Of a stretch of DNA of 40,935 bases, positions 8,975 through 16,443 are shown piece after piece. The stretch comes from Elusimicrobiota bacterium (GTDB lineage: Bacteria; Elusimicrobiota; Elusimicrobia; UBA1565). The translations under genes were made by a program, and so were the position numbers. The notes under the pieces are model-generated. The model was not told the origin of the DNA and searched no databases. It saw only the letters and a program-made list of their open reading frames with translations. The stretch covers positions 1 to 40,935 of the forward strand of contig JBDREN010000107.1 of NCBI GenBank assembly GCA_043819795.1, given 5' to 3'. Within the stretch, counting starts at the first letter, position 1, and each line of letters starts with the position of its first letter.

Positions 8975-10351
8975 ATGAACATGTTCAAGCGCGTTATTCC
9001 CTTGGCGCTGGTCCTATCCGTTTCCGGCTGCGCTTTCGATCAGGTCAATATCCAGCAGCAACTCTCCGCCTACGACACCAAGCGTTTATCCGCCCCGCCA
9101 CCCGGGAAGGGGCTGCTCTACATCGTCCGGAGGCCGCGGGTCCACCAGTTGGCAACGCGGCTGGACGTCTACATCGACGCCAAGAAAGTCGGCTTGCTGA
9201 CGAACAAGTCCTACCTGAATTTCGCCGTCGAGCCGGGAGAGCGCAAGATCGCGGTCATGCACCCGCAAGCGAAATACACGATTGCGAAGACCTTCCGCGA
9301 AAACGCGGGAAGAGCCGCGGTCCAGGTGGAAGCCGGCAAGACCTACTATCTGAAGACGGAGTTCTTGGCGTTCAAGAACGGCGGGGGAGTCTTCAGCGAA
9401 CTCCTCGATGAGGAAGCCGGAAAGGCCATGGTCGCGAAATCAATTTTGGGGATCTACGGGAGCGAGGAACGGGTCCCCGGCGACGATCAGATGGCGGGGA
9501 ACGGGCATGCCGCAGTCCCCTCCCAGGCGCCGCCGCCCGCCGTCCGCCCCGCCGCCGCGACCGCCGAGAGAAAGGTCTCGGACGTCGATACGCCCGGCTA
9601 TCACTCGAAGGAGCGCCCGGACGACTTCGCCGTGGTCATCGGTATCGACGGCTACAAGAACCTGCCGGACGCCCAGTTCGCCGAGCGCGACGCCCAGACG
9701 ATGAGGGATCATCTGATCGCGATGGGCTACCCCAAACGCCACGTCGTCCTGCTCAAGGGCGACGCCGCCACAGGCAATGGGATGCGAAAGTACTTGGAGG
9801 AGTGGCTGCCCCGCAACGTCAAGCCGACCTCCAACGTGTTCTTCTACTATTCGGGCCATGGCGCGCCCGACGTCGAAAGCGGCAAAGCCTATCTCGTCCC
9901 ATGGGACGGGGACGCTTCGTTCCTGAAGTCCACCGCGTATCCGGTGGGGCAGCTCTACGCCTCCCTGAACAAGCTCCGGGCCAAGCGGATCGTCGTCGCG
10001 CTCGACGCCTGCTTCTCGGGGGCCGGCGGACGCTCGGTGCTGGCGAAAGGCGCGCGGCCGCTGGTCATGAAAGTGGATGAAGGCATCTCTCTCAAGGGCG
10101 GGATCGCGCTGTTCACGGCTGCTTCCGGCACCGAAATCACGACCACGCTCGAAGACGAAGGCCACGGCATCTTCACCTATTATTTCATCAAGGGCTTGCA
10201 GGGCGCGGCGAAGAACGCCGCGGGCCGGATCACGGCCAGGAGCCTTTATCAGTACCTAAAGCCCAAGGTCCAAGACGAAGCTCGCCTCCAGAACCGCGAA
10301 CAGACGCCCACCGCCCACTACAAGTCGGATGTCGTGCTCCGCGCGGACTGA
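8975..10351 (+). CDS. Lipoprotein with DUF2846-like + caspase-family (C14) domain
   Basis: Lipobox VSGC. N-domain homologous to that of 6262..7566. YYSGHG / LDACFSG dyad. Confidence 0.88.
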   Translation: MNMFKRVIPLALVLSVSGCAFDQVNIQQQLSAYDTKRLSAPPPGKGLLYIVRRPRVHQLATRLDVYIDAKKVGLLTNKSYLNFAVEPGERKIAVMHPQAKYTIAKTFRENAGRAAVQVEAGKTYYLKTEFLAFKNGGGVFSELLDEEAGKAMVAKSILGIYGSEERVPGDDQMAGNGHAAVPSQAPPPAVRPAAATAERKVSDVDTPGYHSKERPDDFAVVIGIDGYKNLPDAQFAERDAQTMRDHLIAMGYPKRHVVLLKGDAATGNGMRKYLEEWLPRNVKPTSNVFFYYSGHGAPDVESGKAYLVPWDGDASFLKSTAYPVGQLYASLNKLRAKRIVVALDACFSGAGGRSVLAKGARPLVMKVDEGISLKGGIALFTAASGTEITTTLEDEGHGIFTYYFIKGLQGAAKNAAGRITARSLYQYLKPKVQDEARLQNREQTPTAHYKSDVVLRAD

Positions 10352-10417
10352 GCGCGATAATCAGCCCGCTCGGGACGTGTATGAACGCGGAGAGCGGGGT
10401 CCCGCGCGGCCGGCGGT

Positions 10418-10816
10418 CTAGGCGCTCTCGACGGCGGAGACGGCGAAGGCCGGCGGATTGTCCAGGTATTTCTTGACCGTGCAGAGCTCCGCGGCCTTGA
10501 CCACGGCTTGCTTGTACTTGTCCGGGAAGCCCGCGGGGAGCCGGATCTCGAGGACCACGCGGGCGATCCTCTTCTTCTGTTCGTCTCGCTCCGCGCGCTG
10601 GATCAGCTTCAGGCCTTCGGTCGGCAGGCCCCGTTTCCGGCAGAAAGACAGCGCGTAGATCCCCGCGCACGTCCCGAGGGAGACCAGGAAAAGGTCGAAG
10701 GGCGCGGGGTGCGCCCCCTCGCCCCCATCCTCCTTGGACTGATCCGTATTGACGGTGAACCCCTTGTACAGGGCATCCACCCGCCTGCCCCCGGGAAACG
10801 TGATCTCCATGTCCAT
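10418..10816 (-). CDS. OsmC/Ohr-family protein
   Basis: MEITFPGG..V.A...GF.V.TDQ..DGG...P.PFDLFL.SLGTC and C-T-V-K-K give the two conserved Cys. GGAGG RBS precedes the ATG at 10816. Confidence 0.85.
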   Translation of the reverse strand: MDMEITFPGGRRVDALYKGFTVNTDQSKEDGGEGAHPAPFDLFLVSLGTCAGIYALSFCRKRGLPTEGLKLIQRAERDEQKKRIARVVLEIRLPAGFPDKYKQAVVKAAELCTVKKYLDNPPAFAVSAVESA

Positions 10817-11075
10817 GCGGTCCCTCCTGATTGAAGACGGCTCCACCCCGATGCGCGCTCCGGGCATCGGCGGAGGCTCCGCTTATCCTATCATTTGGGC
10901 CCGGAACGGCGACACGGCCCATCGGACCGCGGGGACGGGAGCGAGGGGCGGGAGGGCCGGCGGCCGCCGGCCGGGCGGCATGATGCGGGTCGGGAGCCGC
11001 GCGAACGGTGTTTTTCGCGGCCCCGACCTTGCTAGCATTCACTTGGCCCCGGCCTTGCCGCGGCCGGGAGGAGAT

Positions 11076-11420
11076 ATGGCGGACAGAACCCGGAAGAAGG
11101 CGGACGGTTTGGCGAGGAAGCGTCTCGCCCTCGCGGAGCTCGTCAAGGAGCAGGAAGGCGCCATCACGAGCCGGCAGATACTCAAGAAGAAGACGGGCAC
11201 CGTGACGGTCTTCGCGTTCGCCGAGGGAGAGGGGCTGAGCGAGCACACGGCGCCCTTCGACGCCCTGGTCTACGTCTTCGCTGGGGAGGCCGAGATCCGC
11301 GTCTCGGGCAGGCCCTTCCGGATCCGGAAGGGCGAGATGATCATCATGCCCGCCGGCGAGCCGCACGCCCTGCGGGCGGTCAAGGCGTTCAAGATGATGC
11401 TGGTCATGATCCGTTCCTGA
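11076..11420 (+). CDS. Cupin domain protein
   Basis: GTVTVFAFAEGEGLSEHTAPFDALV..GE..MPAGEPHAL.A..FKMMLVMI. GGAGGAG RBS precedes the ATG at 11076. Confidence 0.88.
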   Translation: MADRTRKKADGLARKRLALAELVKEQEGAITSRQILKKKTGTVTVFAFAEGEGLSEHTAPFDALVYVFAGEAEIRVSGRPFRIRKGEMIIMPAGEPHALRAVKAFKMMLVMIRS

Positions 11421-11646
11421 GGCTTCGATATCCATCAATAATCTGAAGCGGGCGTCCCGGGCGTCTCGTCCGTTTTGAAGCGCGGATCGCATATTGTCTA
11501 TACTCCGATCAATGGAAAAGCGCGAATGCTCGTGTCCCGCGGCGCCCCCGGCTACATCCATCTCTTCGTCTGGATGCTTCACGCCGTCATGCGCGAGGCC
11601 GTGCGCAAGCACGGGCTGCCGGTGCGCGTTCACTGAGGGAGGCTGA

Positions 11647-12471
11647 ATGGCGAAACCAAGACCGGTCGAGATACGCGTCGCGGACGGCGTATTCCTGAGG
11701 ACCCGCGTCCTGGGCGGCCGCGGCGCCCATATATGGTTCCTGCACGGCTTCGGCGAGTCCGGCCTGTGCTTCCGGGAAGCCTTCGAGGCCGGTCGCCTCA
11801 AGGGTCATTCCCTCTTCGCTCCGGACTGCCCCGGCTTCGGCGCGAGCCCGGCGCCGGCGAAACCTCCGACGGTCAAGGACTCGGCGCGCACGATCGAGGG
11901 CCTGATCCGCCGCTTCTCGCGGGGGAAGCGGCTGGTTCTCGTCGGGCATTCGCTCGGGGGGATTCTGGGGACCTACCTGTGCGAGAGTCTGGGCCGCAAT
12001 GTCCTGGGGTTCGTGAGCGTCGAGGGCAACCTCACGCGCGCCGACACGTTCTACACGAGCCAGGCCTCCGGAGTCCGGGACCCGGTCTCCTGGAAGCGGG
12101 AGTTCTGCCGCGCCATACTGCTGCGCTCCCACGCCCAGGGGCGCGAGGACCGCGCCATGATCAGGTATCTGGCCTCGCTGATGATGGCGGATCCGCGGGC
12201 GTTCGTCTCCTGGGGGCGCTCCTGCGTGTCGGAGACGGGCCGCACCAAGTCCGGGGACCGCTTCCTGGCGCTAGGCTGTCCGAGGACCTACTTCTACGGA
12301 CGGCGCAGCATCCCTCCGGCCACGGAGCGCTACCTCAGGGAGCGGCTGACGGGCGGAGGGCCGACCGTGCCCGCCGTCGAGTTTCGCGCCTCCGGGCATT
12401 GGCCCATGTACGACGAGACGGAGGTCTTCTACAAGAGGCTCTCCGAGTTCATCGCCGCGATCAGGAAGTAG
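11647..12471 (+). CDS. Alpha/beta fold hydrolase
   Basis: FLHGFG oxyanion motif, GHSLGG nucleophile elbow, C-terminal SGHWPM histidine. GGAGG RBS. Confidence 0.88.
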   Translation: MAKPRPVEIRVADGVFLRTRVLGGRGAHIWFLHGFGESGLCFREAFEAGRLKGHSLFAPDCPGFGASPAPAKPPTVKDSARTIEGLIRRFSRGKRLVLVGHSLGGILGTYLCESLGRNVLGFVSVEGNLTRADTFYTSQASGVRDPVSWKREFCRAILLRSHAQGREDRAMIRYLASLMMADPRAFVSWGRSCVSETGRTKSGDRFLALGCPRTYFYGRRSIPPATERYLRERLTGGGPTVPAVEFRASGHWPMYDETEVFYKRLSEFIAAIRK

Positions 12472-12535
12472 GACGTCGAGCCTGACGCCGTTCCCCCGAT
12501 TAGCGCCGCCGGCCTCGTAGATGAGGGTGAGGGTG

Positions 12536-12574
12536 TGAGGGCGTCAGGCTTCAAGTTGCAGCCTGACGCCCTCA
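12536..12574. repeat. REP-like perfect hairpin
   Basis: TGAGGGCGTCAGGCT-9nt-AGCCTGACGCCCTCA, a 15-bp stem sharing the GTCAGGCT core with the neighbouring element. Confidence 0.75.
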
Positions 12575-12595
12575 ATTGCTATTAATTCTGGAAAG

Positions 12596-12679
12596 GGTGT
12601 CAGGCTTCAACTTATGCAACTTTTGAAACTTTTTCCCATACGAAAGTCACAAAAGTTGCATAAGTTGAAGCCTGACACC
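12596..12679. repeat. REPIN-like palindromic element, 84 bp
   Basis: Perfect 30-bp inverted repeat GGTGTCAGGCTTCAACTTATGCAACTTTTG (12596-12625 / 12650-12679). AT-rich in a GC-rich background. Confidence 0.8.
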
Positions 12680-12687
12680 GTGAGCAA

Positions 12688-13602
12688 ATGAAACCAGGGT
12701 TGGTCGTCCTCGCGGCCGGGATAGGCAGCCGGTACGGGGGGCTTAAGCAGATGGATCCCGTCGGCCCCGACGGAGAGATCGTGCTTTCCTACTCCGTCTA
12801 CGACGCCTTGAAGGCGGGCTTCGGCAAGGTGGTCTTCGTCATCCGCAAGGATATCGAGGCGGTCTTCCGGCAGACCATCGGCAGGAAGGTCGAGCGACGC
12901 TGCCCGACGGCTTACGCCTTCCAGGAGCTCGACAGCCTGCCGGCGGGCAGCCGCGTCCCGCCGGAGCGGAAGAAGCCCTGGGGCACGGCGCACGCGCTCT
13001 GGTGCGCTCGCGGCGCCGGAGACGGGGCCTTCGCGGTGATCAACGCGGACGATTACTACGGGCGCGGCGCTTTCGAGCGCATGGCGGCTTTTCTCGGGAG
13101 CAAGGCCCTGGACGTCCGCCCCCGCCGGTACGCCCTGGCGGGCTACGTCCTCCGGAACACCCTGTCGGACCACGGCCACGTGTCCCGGGGCGTTTGCGAG
13201 GTCGGGCGGGACCATTTCCTGACGAAGGTCGTCGAGCGGGAGAAGATCCGGCGGGATGGGCGCGCCGTGAGGTTCATGGAGGGCGGCCGCTGGCGCGCGC
13301 TCGACGAGGACTGCACGGTCTCCATGGGGTTGTGGGGGTTCGACGCCTCGATCTTCGACGCGATCGAGGGCGCGCTCCCGGGCTTCCTGCGGGAGAGCGG
13401 GGGCGAACCCAAGGCCGAGATGCAGCTGCCGTCCGTCGTGACGGATATGATCGAGCGCGGCGACGCCCGGGTGCGGGTCCTTCCCACCGGGGAGAAATGG
13501 TTCGGAGTCACGCACCGCAAGGATATGGCGCGCGTCAAGAGCTCCATCCAGGAGCTGATCGAACAGGGCTGGTACGGGCGGTCGCTGTGGGGGGACGGAT
13601 GA
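12688..13602 (+). CDS. Sugar-phosphate nucleotidyltransferase
   Basis: LVVLAAGIGSRYGGLKQ, KPWGTAHA, FAVINADDYYG and WFGVT motifs. Confidence 0.9.
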   Translation: MKPGLVVLAAGIGSRYGGLKQMDPVGPDGEIVLSYSVYDALKAGFGKVVFVIRKDIEAVFRQTIGRKVERRCPTAYAFQELDSLPAGSRVPPERKKPWGTAHALWCARGAGDGAFAVINADDYYGRGAFERMAAFLGSKALDVRPRRYALAGYVLRNTLSDHGHVSRGVCEVGRDHFLTKVVEREKIRRDGRAVRFMEGGRWRALDEDCTVSMGLWGFDASIFDAIEGALPGFLRESGGEPKAEMQLPSVVTDMIERGDARVRVLPTGEKWFGVTHRKDMARVKSSIQELIEQGWYGRSLWGDG

Positions 13603-14708
13603 TCGGGTCTTTGGAGGCGGCGGACCTCCAAGAGGTGGCGCGGCGCTTCCGGGTCGGGGGGGAGTTTCTCGGGGCGCGGCCGTGCGAGTCGGGGCATATC
13701 CACGACACGTTCGTGATCGACATGCGGACGAAAGCGGGAGACAGGCGCTATGTCCTGCAGCGCATCAACAACGGGGTCTTCCGGGACGTCCAGGGCCTGC
13801 AGTCCAACATCGAGAAGATCACGCGTCACATAAGGAATAAGACCGTCGCCGGGGGCGACGGGCGCCGGCGATGCTTGAGTCTCGTCCCGACCATCGACGA
13901 GAGGACGTTTCACCGGGACGCGGAGGGGGCCTATTGGCGGGTGTTCGATTTCATCGAGGGGGCGCGGACCCACGACCTCCTGGACGATCCGCGGCTGGTC
14001 TACAACGCGGCCCACGCCTTCGGCGGCTTCCTTCGCCTGATGGGGGACTTCCCTTCGGATGAGCTCGCCATCACGATCCCCCATTTCCACGACGCCCGGC
14101 ACCGTTTCGAGCGCTTCCGGGCGGCGCTTGGCGAGGACCGCGCGTCGCGGGCCGGGAGCGCCCGAGGAGAGGCCGATTTCATCCTGGCCAGGAAGGACGA
14201 CGCGGGGAGGCTGCTCGACTTGATGGACGCGGGCGCGCTTCCGCGCCGCGTGACCCACAACGATACGAAGCTTAACAACGTCATGATCGACGATCGCACC
14301 GGGGAAGGGCTCTGCGTGATCGACCTGGACACGGTCATGCCGGGCCTCACCGGGTACGACTTCGGCGACGCGGTCCGCCTGGGCGCGTCCACCGCGGCGG
14401 AGGACGAGCGGGACTTGAGCCGGGTGCGGCTGGGTCTCGGGATGTTCGACCGCCTGGCTCACGGCTATCTGGACGCCACGCGCGGCCTGATCGCGGCGGA
14501 GGAGGTCGACGAGCTGGCCTTCGCCTGCAAGCTGATGTGTCTCGTCACGGGCGTCCGGTTCCTGACCGACCACCTTGAAGGCGACGTCTATTTCAAGGTC
14601 CGCGTTCCGGACCATAACCTGGCCCGCTGCCGGACCCAGCTGAAGATGGTATCGGAGATCGAGTCCAAGATGGACGCGATGCGGGAGATCATCGACCGGT
14701 ATCGCTGA
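13599..14708 (+). CDS. APH/choline-kinase-fold sugar kinase (N-acetylhexosamine 1-kinase-like)
   Basis: GHIHDTF, YVLQRIN, THNDTKLNN, CVIDLDTVMPG, YDFGD and RFLTDHL.GD.YF. ATGA overlap with the upstream gene. Confidence 0.85.
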   Translation: MIGSLEAADLQEVARRFRVGGEFLGARPCESGHIHDTFVIDMRTKAGDRRYVLQRINNGVFRDVQGLQSNIEKITRHIRNKTVAGGDGRRRCLSLVPTIDERTFHRDAEGAYWRVFDFIEGARTHDLLDDPRLVYNAAHAFGGFLRLMGDFPSDELAITIPHFHDARHRFERFRAALGEDRASRAGSARGEADFILARKDDAGRLLDLMDAGALPRRVTHNDTKLNNVMIDDRTGEGLCVIDLDTVMPGLTGYDFGDAVRLGASTAAEDERDLSRVRLGLGMFDRLAHGYLDATRGLIAAEEVDELAFACKLMCLVTGVRFLTDHLEGDVYFKVRVPDHNLARCRTQLKMVSEIESKMDAMREIIDRYR

Positions 14709-14738
14709 GCATCCGCCGCATCGCCAAGGAGGTGCGCC

Positions 14739-15293
14739 ATGGCCCGCGCAATGAGCCAATATCTGCTGGCGGCCGCCGGCAAGGACCGGCCGGGGATCGT
14801 CGCCGCGGTCACGAAGATCCTCTATAAGCACGGCTGCAACCTGGCGGACTCCGCGATGACCCGCCTGGCCTCGGAGTTCGCGATGCTGCTCATCTTCCAG
14901 GCTCCGGCCCGGTTCAATCCCGCGGGGATGCGGGGGGATCTGGAGGAGGTCGAAAAGCGGCTCGGGCTGCTTCTGTCGCTCAAACCACTCCGGGCGGCCG
15001 AGACGCGTCCCGTGAAGCCGCGGGGGCGTCCGTACGTGCTGTCGGTCTACGGAGCCGACAGGCCCGGCATCGTGTACCGGGTCAGCCGGCTTCTGGCCTC
15101 CAAGGGGGTCAACATCACCGACGTTTCCACGCATCGGACGGCCGAAAAGAAGAAAGCCGGCTACGTGCTGCTCCTGGAGGTGGAGCTTCCGCCCCGGCGG
15201 CGGCCCGCGGACCTGGACAGGAGCCTTCAGCGCCTGGTCAAGCCTCTTGGCCTCCATGTCTCCCTGCGGCCCATAGAGGTCTCGAGGCTTTAG
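14739..15293 (+). CDS. Tandem-ACT protein, glycine cleavage repressor GcvR-like
   Basis: Two ACT repeats: GKDRPGIVAAVT..GCNL.DS.M and GADRPGIVYRVS..GVNITDV.T. Confidence 0.85.
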   Translation: MARAMSQYLLAAAGKDRPGIVAAVTKILYKHGCNLADSAMTRLASEFAMLLIFQAPARFNPAGMRGDLEEVEKRLGLLLSLKPLRAAETRPVKPRGRPYVLSVYGADRPGIVYRVSRLLASKGVNITDVSTHRTAEKKKAGYVLLLEVELPPRRRPADLDRSLQRLVKPLGLHVSLRPIEVSRL

Positions 15294-15308
15294 GCTCGCT
15301 TCCTTAAG

Positions 15309-15824
15309 ATGGCCGTCCGCCCCATCCGATTCTTTCCGGATCCCGTCCTCAAGGCTCCCTGCCAGGGCGTCGCTCGCGTCACGCCGGCCACAGCCGCTCT
15401 GATCCAAGACCTGAACGACACCCTCGACGCCTCTCCGGGCGTCGGCCTGGCGGCTCCTCAGATCGGCAAGAGCCTGCGCGTGGCGGTCATCGACGTGTCG
15501 CGGGGATCCGGGAAAAGGCCCCGGCCCGGCTCCAACCACGGCCGGATCGTCCTGCTCAACCCGGAGATCTTGAGCGTCGAGGGGATCCAGATCCCGCGGG
15601 AGGGCTGCCTGTCGGTCCCGGACATGCTCGCCGACGTCAGGCGCTACGCCTCGGTGCGGGTCCGGGCGTTGGACGCGGAGGAAAGGGAACTGGTTCTGGA
15701 GGCCGAAGGCTTCGAGGCGCTCGCCGTGCAGCATGAGATCGACCACTTGGACGGCAGGCTTTTCCTCGACCGGGTGGCCAACCTCAAGACCGATCTCTTC
15801 CGCCGGAAACACCCCAAGACCTAA
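15309..15824 (+). CDS. def: Peptide deformylase
   Basis: GVGLAAPQIG, EGCLS and QHEIDHLDG motifs. Confidence 0.96.
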   Translation: MAVRPIRFFPDPVLKAPCQGVARVTPATAALIQDLNDTLDASPGVGLAAPQIGKSLRVAVIDVSRGSGKRPRPGSNHGRIVLLNPEILSVEGIQIPREGCLSVPDMLADVRRYASVRVRALDAEERELVLEAEGFEALAVQHEIDHLDGRLFLDRVANLKTDLFRRKHPKT

Positions 15825-16002
15825 GCGTATTAGGATTCCTCTCAGGAGGCGTCAGCGCCGGTCGCGCGAAGCGCCAACCGGTCGCTTGTACCGCTGAGCT
15901 ATTATGGGGTTGCCCGCCGAAGGCGGGCCAGGCTTCTTGATAGTCTGAGGTGTAAGCACGCCAAGCGCTGCGCGCATGACGCGCTGATTGAATGCGGCCT
16001 AG
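15821..16002 (+). other. Long imperfect palindrome / candidate structured RNA between convergent genes
   Basis: Nested pairings GCGTCA/TGACGC, GCTTGTACC/GGTGTAAGC, CTATTA/TGATAG and GCCCGCC-GAA-GGCGGGC. Confidence 0.55.
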
Positions 16003-16436
16003 CCGGCTGTTTTCGGCTGTTGGGCCGCCCGGCGGCTTTCGATGAGCGCCATGGTGCGCTTGGCGAGATCGGGATCGGCGGCGAGGAGCTTGCGGAACGG
16101 CTCCTCGGGCAGGACGAGGATCTTCGTGTCGTCCTCGGCGCATCGGATCGTGGCCCCGGCCATCGAGAACTCGACGATCGACATCTCGCCGAAGACATCG
16201 CCGGGATTCAGCTCCGCGACCCGCATCCAGTCCTTGGTTTTTTCGGGCCTCGTGAGGACCTCCACCTTTCCCTGGGCCACCACGTGGAGGCCGTCCACGC
16301 TGACGCCCTTGAACAGGACGGTCTGCCCTTTCTTGAAGCTCAACTGCTCGGCTTTTGGGGCCAGGAATGTGGCCTGGTCCTCGGTGAGGCCTTCGAGGAA
16401 CGGGACGCGCGTTCTCAGAAACTCGGTGATGCCCAT
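15999..16436 (-). CDS. Stand-alone cyclic nucleotide-binding domain protein
   Basis: PFLEGL..., FKKGQ.V..KG...DGL.VV..G.VEV and LNPGDVFGEMSI. No HTH domain. Confidence 0.85.
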   Translation of the reverse strand: MGITEFLRTRVPFLEGLTEDQATFLAPKAEQLSFKKGQTVLFKGVSVDGLHVVAQGKVEVLTRPEKTKDWMRVAELNPGDVFGEMSIVEFSMAGATIRCAEDDTKILVLPEEPFRKLLAADPDLAKRTMALIESRRAAQQPKTAG

Positions 16437-16443
16437 GGCCTCA

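Noticed and set aside
4901..10351. Caspase-gasdermin or CRISPR-linked protease defence system
   Set aside because: No gasdermin, TIR, NACHT or Cas genes are adjacent, and the proteases carry export signals.
12536..12679. Possible CRISPR array
   Set aside because: The repeats are inverted, not direct with unique spacers, and there are no cas genes.
15936..15960. TTGATAG..GGTGTAAGC resemblance to the 23S rRNA 3' region
   Set aside because: Only a short match with no flanking rRNA sequence. It is explained as one arm of the local palindrome.
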